This document shows, in pieces, positions 40,743 to 50,155 of a stretch of DNA of 64,000 bases. Both the position numbers and the translations under genes were made by a program. The stretch comes from Firmicutes bacterium UBA4881. Its GTDB lineage: Bacteria; Bacillota; DTU065. The notes beneath the pieces were generated by a model, which had not been told where the DNA came from, made no database searches, and saw only the letters and a list, made by a program, of their open reading frames with translations. Location of the stretch: assembly GCA_002399235.1 (NCBI GenBank), contig DHDH01000040.1, positions 18,592-82,591 on the forward strand, given 5' to 3'. How positions within the stretch are numbered: position 1 is the stretch's first letter; every line of letters begins with the position of its first letter.

Positions 40743-41417
40743 ATGATTGGTAATAGTCTATGGGATGCGTTATATAATCAAGGCGTAGCTGAGCGAGTAC
40801 ATAGGTTAGGGTTTGCCGGGCTTTCAGCGTCAGAATGTGGTCGGATTGGTAAACTGTTTTCTGGCAAAGGACCTGCCCAGACCGAGAAACAAGCAGGAGT
40901 CCCTGAAGTTTCAGAAGAAAGTCTTAGTATAATCACTCTCAAAAAAGAGCACATGCGCGAACGTGCTCGCACACTTAACCTACCACTACACTCGTATTCG
41001 TTAACTGGAATACCAGCTCCACCACCAACCTTGTGGGAATCAAGAAGAAGGGAGATGAGGCGTTGGTATAGGTTAGTAACCACTGATCCTTTTGCTAAGC
41101 TTTGGTCAGTAGAGTTAGCGGAAAATTATTTAGGGGATATCGATCTCTATGGTATAGGACAAGGACTTAATCGCTTTTTCTTTTATGTTGGTGCTACTGA
41201 ATTAAGAGTACCAGAATTTATTGCTCATGTATTAAAAATATGGCTAGTAAAGATGCCTTGGCAGGATTGGGGAATTAACATTCTTTCCACACCTATATTT
41301 ATTCAGGATGGCATAATGTTGACTGCATTGCAATCGTTGGGGTTTTTTGAATTAGGTACGAGCTTGTTAGGCGGCGAGTATGTACGTATCCTTGCATACA
41401 AAATACTTAATTCATGA
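40743..41417 (+). CDS. Hypothetical protein
   Basis: ATG lies after GGGGTGAG. 224 aa. No confident family. The C-terminal half is faintly GNAT-like (GIGQGL...LQSLGFFELG). Confidence 0.5.
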   Translation: MIGNSLWDALYNQGVAERVHRLGFAGLSASECGRIGKLFSGKGPAQTEKQAGVPEVSEESLSIITLKKEHMRERARTLNLPLHSYSLTGIPAPPPTLWESRRREMRRWYRLVTTDPFAKLWSVELAENYLGDIDLYGIGQGLNRFFFYVGATELRVPEFIAHVLKIWLVKMPWQDWGINILSTPIFIQDGIMLTALQSLGFFELGTSLLGGEYVRILAYKILNS

Positions 41418-41516
41418 AAAACTTGCGATATATATGCAGGAAATAGCTATTTATTTGCGAAATATCTATCCAATTCGCACTGGGTAGTGTATTATAGATA
41501 AAACTAGCCAAGAAAG

Positions 41517-42905
41517 GTGGATGGCCAATTGAAATTGGAAAGAACTGAGATGCCAAGAAGGGCGCCTGAGAAAAGAGCTAAAGACTTTCAGGAAGTAGCC
41601 CTTGGATATAATGAAGAGCAGGCTTTGGCCGAAGCCAAACGTTGCTTAAACTGCAAAGTACCCAAGTGCGTTAGTGGGTGCCCTGTAGAAACACCGATAC
41701 CTCGTTTTATACAAGCGCTTCGCTCAGGAGATTACCAGAGTGCAGCAGCTATTATCAAAGAAAAAAACTCTTTACCAGCTGTCTGTGGCCGAGTCTGTCC
41801 ACAGGAAGTACAATGTGAATCTCAATGTATCCTCGGCAAAAAAGGGACACCAGTAGCCATAGGAGCTTTGGAAAGATTTGTGGCAGATAAAGAGCGCGAA
41901 ATAGAACCTACAGTAAAAACTACCGCTAACAAGCTTGCTAAAGTTGGTGTAATAGGATCAGGCCCAGCAGCCTTAGCTGCAGCTGCTGATCTTGCTTTAT
42001 TAGGTTACCAGGTAACAGTCTTTGAAGCTCTACATGAACTTGGTGGAGTTTTACGTTACGGGATCCCAGAGTTTAGATTGCCAAAAGAGATAGTCGATTA
42101 TGAAGTTAATTATATTCACCAACTAGGTGTAGACTTCCAGACAAATGTTATTGTTGGCGTTACTGTTAGCTTAGAAGATTTAAGAGAACAAGGTTATCAA
42201 GCCTTTTTTATAGGTGCAGGAGCAGGATTACCTTATTTTCTCGATATTCCAGGAGAAAATCTAAACGGTGTTTATTCTGCTAATGAATTTTTGACCAGAG
42301 TAAACTTGATGAAAGCGTATAAGTTTCCTGAGGTAGATACTCCTATCTATGTAGGTGAAAAAGTAGCTGTAGTAGGAGCAGGTAATGTGGCTATGGATGC
42401 TGCTAGAACAGCCTTAAGACTTGGAGCTAAGGATGTTTATATAGTCTATAGACGTAGTAGAGAAGAGATACCTGCTAGACACGAGGAAGTAGAAAACGCT
42501 GAAGAAGAGGGAGTTAAATTCCATCTTCTAGAGAGTCCTGTAGAGATCTTAGGTGATGATAACTTCCGCGTTAGAGGTATTAAAAACCAAAAGATGCAAC
42601 TAGGAGAACCAGACGCTAGAGGCAGAAGAAAGCCAGTGCCTATGCCAGGTGAGTTTAATATTCTTGATGTTGATATGGCGATTATAGCTATTGGTCAAGG
42701 ACCTAATCCTCTAGCAACTAGGAACATTCCTGAGTTAGATATTGACGAGAGAGGGCTCATAAAAACTGACTCAAATGGTCAAACCAGTATTCCGGGAGTA
42801 TTCGCTGGTGGCGATATAGTGACTGGTGCAGCTACAGTTATCAAAGCTATGGGTGCTGGTAAAGCAGCTGCTAAATCTATCGATAATTATTTAAAAAGCC
42901 TCTAA
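41517..42905 (+). CDS. gltA: NADPH-dependent glutamate synthase, homotetrameric GltA / GltD-like small-chain family
   Basis: CLNCKVPKCVSGCPV and CPQEVQCESQC Fe-S motifs. GSGPAALAAA and VVGAGNVAMD dinucleotide folds. Start uncertain (GTG 41517 or TTG 41529). Confidence 0.85.
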   Translation: MDGQLKLERTEMPRRAPEKRAKDFQEVALGYNEEQALAEAKRCLNCKVPKCVSGCPVETPIPRFIQALRSGDYQSAAAIIKEKNSLPAVCGRVCPQEVQCESQCILGKKGTPVAIGALERFVADKEREIEPTVKTTANKLAKVGVIGSGPAALAAAADLALLGYQVTVFEALHELGGVLRYGIPEFRLPKEIVDYEVNYIHQLGVDFQTNVIVGVTVSLEDLREQGYQAFFIGAGAGLPYFLDIPGENLNGVYSANEFLTRVNLMKAYKFPEVDTPIYVGEKVAVVGAGNVAMDAARTALRLGAKDVYIVYRRSREEIPARHEEVENAEEEGVKFHLLESPVEILGDDNFRVRGIKNQKMQLGEPDARGRRKPVPMPGEFNILDVDMAIIAIGQGPNPLATRNIPELDIDERGLIKTDSNGQTSIPGVFAGGDIVTGAATVIKAMGAGKAAAKSIDNYLKSL

Positions 42906-43000
42906 TTACTTGGTAATAAAACCAGGGTAATGTCATACTTATCTAACTACTTAGTTAAGGTATGATCTATTAAGATTAATATAATTTGGGGGGATTACAG

Positions 43001-43405
43001 GTGGCTGTATATAGAGAGGATTTCGCCGTTGAGTCCCACCGGAGTAAGGAACTTTTATTAATTACAGATGAGGTAGAAAATGTACTGAGAAACAGTGGTA
43101 TCAAAGCAGGCATTTGTTTGGTTTATACACCACATACGACAGCAGCTATTAGTATTAACGAAGCAGCTGATCCTGATGTGAGGCAGGATATGATCTTAGG
43201 ATTTAACCGTCTTTCACCTAATTCAGTACAATATAGCCATAAGGAAGGCAACTCTCCAGCCCATCTACTAGCTAGCTTAATAGGGCCTTCTGAGAGCATA
43301 CCAATTATAGATGGCAAGCTTGATCTAGGTGTTTGGCAAGGCATTTATTTTTGTGAGTTTGATGGACCACGTGTAAGAAAAGTTTATGTTCAAGTTCTAG
43401 GTTAG
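43001..43405 (+). CDS. yjbQ: YjbQ/UPF0047 family protein (secondary thiamine-phosphate synthase-like)
   Basis: GTG 43001 lies 6 nt after GGGGGGA. Contains HTTAAISINE and NSPAHL motifs. Confidence 0.8.
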   Translation: MAVYREDFAVESHRSKELLLITDEVENVLRNSGIKAGICLVYTPHTTAAISINEAADPDVRQDMILGFNRLSPNSVQYSHKEGNSPAHLLASLIGPSESIPIIDGKLDLGVWQGIYFCEFDGPRVRKVYVQVLG

Positions 43406-43418
43406 GAGAGTGGGTTTA

Positions 43419-44609
43419 GTGGAGGTTTCGCAAAGAGCAAAAGGAATTGCACCATCAGCTACTTTGGCTATCACTAATAAGGCCAAAGTATTAAAAAGTC
43501 AAGGATTAGATATTGTTGGCTTTGGAGCTGGTGAACCAGACTTTGATACACCATTACACATCAAGGAAGCAGCTTGTGAATCACTTAAACAAGGATTCAC
43601 TAAGTATACCGCTACAGAGGGAATTGTACCTTTAAGAAAAGCAATAGCTGCTAAATTGAAAAAAAGAAATAATCTTGATTACAGCACTGATGAAATATTA
43701 GTTTCTTGTGGTGCAAAACATTCACTTTACAATGCCTTCATGTGTGTTCTCAACCCAGGGGATGAAGTAATTCTACCCCTTCCTTATTGGGTAAGTTATG
43801 ACGAACAGATCCGTCTTTGCGGAGCCAGGGTTATTGCTGCTAAGCCAGAGAGTAATTTGAAAATTACCGGCGATACCATCCGCCGCTTAAGGACTCCAAA
43901 CACAAAACTTTTAGTCCTTAATTCTCCCAATAATCCTACAGGTATAGTGTATTCTGAAGATGAACTCAGAGATATTGGTCAAGCTATATTAGAAACAGAT
44001 ATGGGAGTTATTTCTGATGAGATTTATGAAGATTTTACTTATGATGGTGTTAAAGTTAACTCTATTGTGACAGTTATGCCAGAGCTTAAAGATAGAACAA
44101 TTATTATAAATGGCGTCTCCAAAACGTACTCAATGACTGGCTGGCGCATCGGCTACGCTGCCGGTCCTAAAGATATCATCAAAGCTATGGGGAATTTGCA
44201 AGCACACTCTACCTCAAACCCCACTTCGTTTGCACAAGTAGCAGCTGTTCAGGCTTTAGAAGGTTCACAAGAAAGTGTAGAGATGATGAGAAATGCTTTC
44301 TTGGAGAGACGGGATTACATTGTTAAAGCACTCAACGAAATACCTGGAATTAAGTGCGATATGCCTGCAGGTGCTTTTTATGTATTTCCAAATGTATCTG
44401 GTTTATATGGCAAAACAACTTCTAAAGGTACCCTTATTAACGATAGTCAAAGTTTGAGTGCTACATTATTAGAAGAAGCTTTCGTAGCTGTTGTGCCAGG
44501 AGATGCTTTTGGTACTGATGAATATGTAAGACTTTCTTATGCCTGCGATCTTGCTTCAATTAAAAAAGGTATTAACCGTATTGAAGAATTTGTTAGAAAG
44601 CTAAGGTAA
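43419..44609 (+). CDS. aspC: Aspartate/aromatic aminotransferase, class I
   Basis: SKTYSMTGWRIGY PLP-lysine motif and NSPNNPTG. Start is GTG 43419 (10 nt after AGGAG) or GTG 43410. Confidence 0.9.
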   Translation: MEVSQRAKGIAPSATLAITNKAKVLKSQGLDIVGFGAGEPDFDTPLHIKEAACESLKQGFTKYTATEGIVPLRKAIAAKLKKRNNLDYSTDEILVSCGAKHSLYNAFMCVLNPGDEVILPLPYWVSYDEQIRLCGARVIAAKPESNLKITGDTIRRLRTPNTKLLVLNSPNNPTGIVYSEDELRDIGQAILETDMGVISDEIYEDFTYDGVKVNSIVTVMPELKDRTIIINGVSKTYSMTGWRIGYAAGPKDIIKAMGNLQAHSTSNPTSFAQVAAVQALEGSQESVEMMRNAFLERRDYIVKALNEIPGIKCDMPAGAFYVFPNVSGLYGKTTSKGTLINDSQSLSATLLEEAFVAVVPGDAFGTDEYVRLSYACDLASIKKGINRIEEFVRKLR

Positions 44610-45063
44610 TATATTAAAAGTACCTAAAGTATTTTATGAGTTATAAATGATTATTTAAAGGGAACCAAAGGTCGAGTGCACTCTATGTTTTAGCTGTGCC
44701 AAAGACCTTGGTTCCCATAAATTTCGTCTTTTTTCTAGTAGCTACACTTTGTTGGTTAAGGTTAAGCCAATCGAAGCTTAACAACTATCAAGATAGGCTA
44801 TATAAATGAGTAGATGATCAAAAAAGCTATACCCCTTCCAAAGCAATATGGACTACTCCAGTTGTCTGTGGTACTTTGTTTTTTGTAAATAAAGCATATT
44901 TCTAGGACCACTTTTGTTATCTTTTCTTAGGTAAAAAAAAGGCATCGCTAATAGGAAAGAGAATAATTACCTATTGGCACCCAAGAAATGGAAATTTCAA
45001 GGTGTAGAAATTTTCTGCTTGGTCATTATAGGTATGTGCCCATTATTTTAGGAGGTGAGAAAA

Positions 45064-46110
45064 ATGGATTTAGCTCAATTATTAAAAGATCTTTCCGAGA
45101 GCAGTGGTGTCTCGGGATATGAGAATATGCCAGCAGATATTATTACCAAAGCTTGGTCAGAGCTAGCTGACGAAGTTAGAAGAGATGCTCTAGGGAATGT
45201 CATTGCAGCAAAAAAAGGCAAAGGACACGGAAAACTTCTTTTAGCAGCTCACATAGATGAGATCGGTCTGATGGTAAAAAAGATCGATGAAAGGGGTTTT
45301 ATTCGTTTTGCCACTGTAGGTGGTTTTGATTTCCGTACTTTAGTTGCTCAAGAGGTTATAGTACATGGAAAGAAGCAACTTAAGGGAGTTATAGGTGCTA
45401 AACCACCTCATCTGCAAGCACCAAATGAACAAAAGAAAGCTTATCCAGAAGACGAATTCTATATTGATGTAGGCCTTACAGCGGACAAGGTTAAAGAACT
45501 GGTACGCATTGGAGACATGATCACTATAGAAAGAAAGGTACAACAACTAGCAGGTTCTCGTTATGCGGGTAAATCCTTTGACGATCGCGCTTGTGTAGTG
45601 ATGCTAACAGCATGTCTTTCTAGATTAGCTGAAGTTAACCACAACCTTGATGTCTACTTAGTAGCTACAGTTCAGGAGGAAGTAGGTACTAGAGGAGCAG
45701 CTGTTGCTGCTTATGGAGTCGATCCTGATTTAGCCATAGCAGTGGATGTTTGTCATGGTGAATTCCCGGGTGTAAGAGCTGATCGTGGTTTTAGCTTAGG
45801 TAAAGGTCCGGTTATTAGTATGGGACCTGATACACATCCTAAGATTTTAGATAAACTCAAAGAGATAGCTGATGAGGCCAAGATTTCCTATCAACTAGAA
45901 GCTTCTACTAGTGCAGGAGGGACAGATGCCTGGAGTATCCAAGTGGCCAGAGCTGGGATTGCTTGTACTTTAGTATCTCTGCCTCTACGTTATATGCACA
46001 CATCAGTAGAGACATTGGATCTGGCTGATATTAAAGAAGGCGGGCGTCTTCTCGCTGAATTTGCCTTGAAGGCAGATCGCCAGTTTGTGGAGGGATTGCC
46101 ATGTTTCTAA
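45064..46110 (+). CDS. M42 family metallo-aminopeptidase (TET/FrvX/YsdC-like), paralog 1
   Basis: ATG 45064 lies 9 nt after AGGAGG. Contains AHIDEIG, FDDRA and VQEEVGTRGA motifs. Confidence 0.88.
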   Translation: MDLAQLLKDLSESSGVSGYENMPADIITKAWSELADEVRRDALGNVIAAKKGKGHGKLLLAAHIDEIGLMVKKIDERGFIRFATVGGFDFRTLVAQEVIVHGKKQLKGVIGAKPPHLQAPNEQKKAYPEDEFYIDVGLTADKVKELVRIGDMITIERKVQQLAGSRYAGKSFDDRACVVMLTACLSRLAEVNHNLDVYLVATVQEEVGTRGAAVAAYGVDPDLAIAVDVCHGEFPGVRADRGFSLGKGPVISMGPDTHPKILDKLKEIADEAKISYQLEASTSAGGTDAWSIQVARAGIACTLVSLPLRYMHTSVETLDLADIKEGGRLLAEFALKADRQFVEGLPCF

Positions 46111-47126
46111 AAGAACTAAGCGAAGCTAGTGGCATATCTAGCCGAGAGCAAGAGATAAGGGATCTGATAAGAGAGTATGTAAAGCCTAATGTAGATGAGG
46201 TATTTACTGACTCTTTAGGCAATCTTTATGCTGTAAAAGGCAAAGACAAAGTAGGTCCCAAAGTAATGCTAGCAGCTCACATGGATGAAGTTGGCCTAAT
46301 GATTACCAATATCGAAAAGAACGGTCTCTTGCGGTTTAGTCCTGTAGGTGGAGTAGACCCTAGAGTTTTAGTATCCAAGCCAGTAGCTATTGGGAAAAAT
46401 AAGGTGATTGGTGTAATTGGTGCTAAAGCGATTCACTTGCAAAGACCAGAAGAAAGAAGTCAAGTTTTAGGTTATGACGACCTTTATATTGATATTGGTG
46501 CTAGTGATGACGAAGAAGCTAAAAAACTAGTTAAAACCGGCGATGTGGTAGTTTTTGCAACTAAGTTTCAAGAATTAGGTGATCTTCTTCTAGGTAAAGC
46601 ATTTGACGATCGAGCTGGGTGTACAGCGTTAATCGAACTGACTAAATGTGAATTCGCTTGCCCTGTTTACTTTGTTTTTACAGTACAAGAAGAAGTTGGA
46701 CTAAGAGGAGCTGGTCCAGCTAGCTACCGAGTTGCACCCGATGTAGCACTTGTATTAGAAGGTACCACAGCTTCTGATGTAGGTGAAACAGACGAAGCTA
46801 ACTATTCAACTACCTTAGGTGAAGGACCAGCAGTTACGATTATGGATCGTTCGGTTATATCACACCCGGGTGTAGTTTCGATGCTATTTAAATTAGCAAG
46901 AGAAAATGGTATACCTCTACAAATGAAGCGTACAATCACTGGTGGGACTGATGCAGGTAAGATTTCCCTTAGTCGTGGAGGCGTCCCTACTGCGGTAATG
47001 GCTGTACCTTGCCGCTATATACATTCACCAGTTACGGTTATGAATTATAACGACCTACAGCATATGGTTAAACTAGCAGAAATCTTTGTGCAGGAGATTG
47101 CTCAAAAAGGGGTGGAGTTGTCATGA
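46101..47126 (+). CDS. M42 family metallo-aminopeptidase, paralog 2
   Basis: AHMDEVG, FDDRAG and VQEEVGLRGA motifs. Overlaps the upstream stop by 10 nt. Confidence 0.88.
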   Translation: MFLKELSEASGISSREQEIRDLIREYVKPNVDEVFTDSLGNLYAVKGKDKVGPKVMLAAHMDEVGLMITNIEKNGLLRFSPVGGVDPRVLVSKPVAIGKNKVIGVIGAKAIHLQRPEERSQVLGYDDLYIDIGASDDEEAKKLVKTGDVVVFATKFQELGDLLLGKAFDDRAGCTALIELTKCEFACPVYFVFTVQEEVGLRGAGPASYRVAPDVALVLEGTTASDVGETDEANYSTTLGEGPAVTIMDRSVISHPGVVSMLFKLARENGIPLQMKRTITGGTDAGKISLSRGGVPTAVMAVPCRYIHSPVTVMNYNDLQHMVKLAEIFVQEIAQKGVELS

Positions 47127-48103
47127 AAGAGCTATTAGAAAAGCTGACTCAAGCTTATAGTCCTTCCGGATCAGAAAGAAGTATCCGTGAGATAATAAAA
47201 GCCGAACTAGCTAACTATGAAACTAAAACCGATGCTCTCGGTAACTTAATAGTTGAGAAAAAAGGTAACGGTAAGAAGATAATGTTTTCGGCTCACATGG
47301 ATGAGATCGGCATTATGGTGACCCACATCGATAAAGAAGGATTTTTACGCTTTGATTTTATCGGTGGTGTCGGTGCCTATAATTTACCAGGTGAGCGAGT
47401 AAGATTTGCTAATGGCACTTTAGGTGTTATTAGTGTGGAGAAACTAGACAAGATCGGTGACTTAAAACGAGAAAGCCTTTATATCGATATCGGGGCGGAA
47501 TCTAGAGAAGAAGCAGAAAAGCTGGTTAAAGTTGGCGATAGTGCTGCTTTTATCTCACCCTTTATTGATCTTGGTAATAGAGTTGTTTCTAAGGCTATGG
47601 ACAATCGATCTGCCTGTACAGTTTTGGTGCAACTTATGAAAGAACTCCCAGAAACAGACAACCATATCGTTGCTGTTTTTAGCGTGCAGGAAGAAGTAGG
47701 TCTTAGAGGTGCTACAACAGCTGCTTTTTCTGTAGCGCCAGATTATGGTATGGCTATTGATGTTACAGCTACTGGTGACACTCCTAAAGGACTCACCATG
47801 GAGGTTGGTTTAGGTAAAGGTGCAGCTATTAAGGTCAAGGATCGTTCTATTATGGTTCATCCTTATGTAAAAGAGAAGCTAATAGAATTAGCTGAAAAGA
47901 ATAACATTCCCTACCAAATGGAAGTCTTGGAGTTTGGTGGTACAGATGCAGGTGCTATTCACCTGAGCCGTTCTGGTGTACCATCTGGAGTACTATCAAT
48001 TCCTTGTCGTTATGTACACAGCCGTTCGGAAATGATCGATTACCGGGATTTGGAGGCAGTGCTCAAGCTAGCTAAAGCGTTTGCTGGAGCTGATCTCCAA
48101 TGA
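47123..48103 (+). CDS. M42 family metallo-aminopeptidase, paralog 3
   Basis: AHMDEIG, MDNRSA and VQEEVGLRGA motifs. ATGA overlap with the upstream gene. Confidence 0.88.
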   Translation: MKELLEKLTQAYSPSGSERSIREIIKAELANYETKTDALGNLIVEKKGNGKKIMFSAHMDEIGIMVTHIDKEGFLRFDFIGGVGAYNLPGERVRFANGTLGVISVEKLDKIGDLKRESLYIDIGAESREEAEKLVKVGDSAAFISPFIDLGNRVVSKAMDNRSACTVLVQLMKELPETDNHIVAVFSVQEEVGLRGATTAAFSVAPDYGMAIDVTATGDTPKGLTMEVGLGKGAAIKVKDRSIMVHPYVKEKLIELAEKNNIPYQMEVLEFGGTDAGAIHLSRSGVPSGVLSIPCRYVHSRSEMIDYRDLEAVLKLAKAFAGADLQ

Positions 48104-48855
48104 TTGTTGGTATTATAGGAGGTTCGGGGGTTTATGACCCCGACCTCTTTCAAACTGTTATGGACATTGTGGAGACCCCATATGGTCAAGTAACACTCTA
48201 TCGTGGTAAGTATGAGGGGCAAGAGGTTATTTTTCTGCCTAGACATGGCAAAGGACATAGTGTACCGCCCCATGCAATTAATTATCGAGCTAATATTGCA
48301 ACTTTAAAAATTGTCGGTGTAAAAAGAGTTCTTGCTACATCGGCTGTTGGCTCTTTAAAACCACAGTTACATCCTGGTAGTTTGGTTCTTCTTAACCAGT
48401 TCCTTGATTTTACAAAACGTAGGCCACTAATGTTTGATGAGACAATTGTCAAACATATAGATTTCACTGAACCTTATTGCCCTGACATTCGTAATATTCT
48501 AGCCAAAGAGCTCGATAAAAGAGGATTCAAGTTTAGCGAAGGCTGTTATGTTTGTACAGAAGGACCAAGATATGAGACACCAGCTGAAGTTAAAATGTTT
48601 GCCTCCTTAGGGGGCGATATAGTTGGTATGACCAATATACCAGAGGTTACTTTAGCCAGAGAAGCTGGTTTTTGTTATGCCTGTATTGCAACTGTTACCA
48701 ATTATGGTGCTGGGATCAGTTCTACGCCACTAAGGCATGAAGAAGTAATAGAAGTGATGAATGCTAATGCCTTAAGTCTACGGAAATTGTTAGAAGGGGC
48801 TCTACCACTTCTACAAACTAAAGCTAAAACCTGTTCTTGCCCTTGGGAGGTGTAG
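48100..48855 (+). CDS. mtnP: S-methyl-5'-thioadenosine phosphorylase
   Basis: IGIIGGSG, FLPRHG.GH and MTNIPE motifs. ATGA overlap with the upstream gene. Confidence 0.85.
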   Translation: MIVGIIGGSGVYDPDLFQTVMDIVETPYGQVTLYRGKYEGQEVIFLPRHGKGHSVPPHAINYRANIATLKIVGVKRVLATSAVGSLKPQLHPGSLVLLNQFLDFTKRRPLMFDETIVKHIDFTEPYCPDIRNILAKELDKRGFKFSEGCYVCTEGPRYETPAEVKMFASLGGDIVGMTNIPEVTLAREAGFCYACIATVTNYGAGISSTPLRHEEVIEVMNANALSLRKLLEGALPLLQTKAKTCSCPWEV

Positions 48856-48857
48856 TC

Positions 48858-49853
48858 TTGAAGCATATTCAATGGCAAGGGGATAAGCTGATCCTTTTAG
48901 ATCAACGTTTTCTTCCCTACCAAGAAACTTATGTAGAGTGTACTTCAGCAGGTGATGTTGCCAAAGCAATTAGAGATATGATTGTTCGTGGCGCTCCAGC
49001 TATTGGTGTTTCTGCTGCTTTTGGTTTAGCTTTAGCCGCTCAAGTAGGCGAAGATTTAGATAAAGCAGCAAATGTGCTTAAAGCAGCTAGGCCTACAGCA
49101 GTTAATTTAGCTTGGGCTGTAGATAAAGTTTTAGCAGAAGCAGCTAGTGGAAAGGCAGTATCTACCATAGCAGAAGAACTATTCCTAGAAGATATTAAAA
49201 CTAACGAAGCTATTGGTAGAGCTGGTTTAGAAGTGGTACCTCCTAAGGCAAGAGTATTAACTCATTGTAATGCTGGTGCTTTAGCTACTGCTGGTTTTGG
49301 TACAGCATTAGGGGTTATAAGAGCTGCTAAAGATCGTATTGAAATGGTTTATGCTGACGAAACCAGACCTTATTTGCAAGGAGCAAGATTAACTGGTTGG
49401 GAATTGGCAGAAGATGGCATCCCAGTAACAGTTATAGCCGACAACATGGCGGGGTATCTTATGCAACAGGATAAGATTGATCTAGTTATTGTTGGTGCCG
49501 ACAGAATTGCTAGTAACGGTGATACCGCTAATAAAATTGGTACCTATAGTTTAGCTGTGTTAGCACATGTCCATGGGATTCCATTTTATGTAGCAGCACC
49601 TTTTTCCACCTTTGATCTTTCCTTAGAAGAGGGTTCACTAATTCCCATCGAAGAAAGAACAAGAAAAGAACTGACAGAATTTAATGGGGTTAAGATTGTT
49701 GCAGATAAGTGCCAGGTATATAATCCTTCTTTCGATATAACACCTCATAGATATATTGATGGCATTATTACGGAAAAAGGTATTTTCAGAGCTCCTTACA
49801 AAATTTCGTTACAAAGTATTGTAGAAACTGGTTTAGAACAAAAAAATTCCTAA
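48858..49853 (+). CDS. mtnA: S-methyl-5-thioribose-1-phosphate isomerase
   Basis: TTG 48858 lies 5 nt after GGGAGGTG. Contains LDQRFLP, HCNAGALAT and GADRIASNGDTANKIGTY motifs. Confidence 0.9.
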   Translation: MKHIQWQGDKLILLDQRFLPYQETYVECTSAGDVAKAIRDMIVRGAPAIGVSAAFGLALAAQVGEDLDKAANVLKAARPTAVNLAWAVDKVLAEAASGKAVSTIAEELFLEDIKTNEAIGRAGLEVVPPKARVLTHCNAGALATAGFGTALGVIRAAKDRIEMVYADETRPYLQGARLTGWELAEDGIPVTVIADNMAGYLMQQDKIDLVIVGADRIASNGDTANKIGTYSLAVLAHVHGIPFYVAAPFSTFDLSLEEGSLIPIEERTRKELTEFNGVKIVADKCQVYNPSFDITPHRYIDGIITEKGIFRAPYKISLQSIVETGLEQKNS

Positions 49854-49859
49854 AAAGCC

Positions 49860-49888
49860 TTGACGACTAAGGAGCAATCTATTACAAT
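49860..49888 (+). promoter_or_regulatory. Promoter for the tRNA pair
   Basis: TTGACG (49860-49865), 17-nt spacer, TACAAT (49883-49888). Confidence 0.55.
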
Positions 49889-49920
49889 TAAACATGTCGC
49901 AAGAAACACGACAGATAAAC

Positions 49921-49994
49921 TGGAGGATCGTCTAGGGGTAGGACAGCGGGTTCTGGCCCCGCCAGCGAGGGTTCGAATCCTTCTCCTCCAGCCA
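49921..49994 (+). tRNA. tRNA-Gln (anticodon CUG), CCA encoded
   Basis: Hand-folded cloverleaf. Acceptor TGGAGGA/TCCTCCA, D stem GTCT/GGAC, anticodon stem GCGGG/CCCGC with loop TTCTGGC, T arm GAGGG-TTCGAAT-CCTTC, then GCCA. Confidence 0.85.
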
Positions 49995-50003
49995 ATAATT
50001 AAT

Positions 50004-50079
50004 GGCCCCATCGTCTAGTGGCCTAGGACACCGCCCTCTCACGGCGGTGACAGGGGTTCAAATCCCCTTGGGGCTACCA
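50004..50079 (+). tRNA. tRNA-Glu (anticodon CUC), CCA encoded
   Basis: Hand-folded cloverleaf. Acceptor GGCCCCA/TGGGGCT (G1-U72), anticodon stem CCGCC/GGCGG with loop CTCTCAC, T arm AGGGG-TTCAAAT-CCCCT, then ACCA. Confidence 0.85.
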
Positions 50080-50086
50080 TGCATGT

Positions 50087-50121
50087 AAACCTGCTAACGT
50101 TTAGTTCGCAGGTTTTTTTTC
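50087..50121 (+). terminator. Intrinsic terminator after the tRNAs
   Basis: AAACCTGC-taacgtttagtt-CGCAGGTTT followed by T8. Confidence 0.8.
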
Positions 50122-50155
50122 TCATTTTGCAAAGATATAGGAGGGAAGGGATATT

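Noticed and set aside
40778-41083. 101-aa antisense ORF inside the hypothetical gene 40743-41417
   Set aside because: It is open only because this segment is locally GC-rich. It has no SD, and the sense ORF has a proper SD and start.
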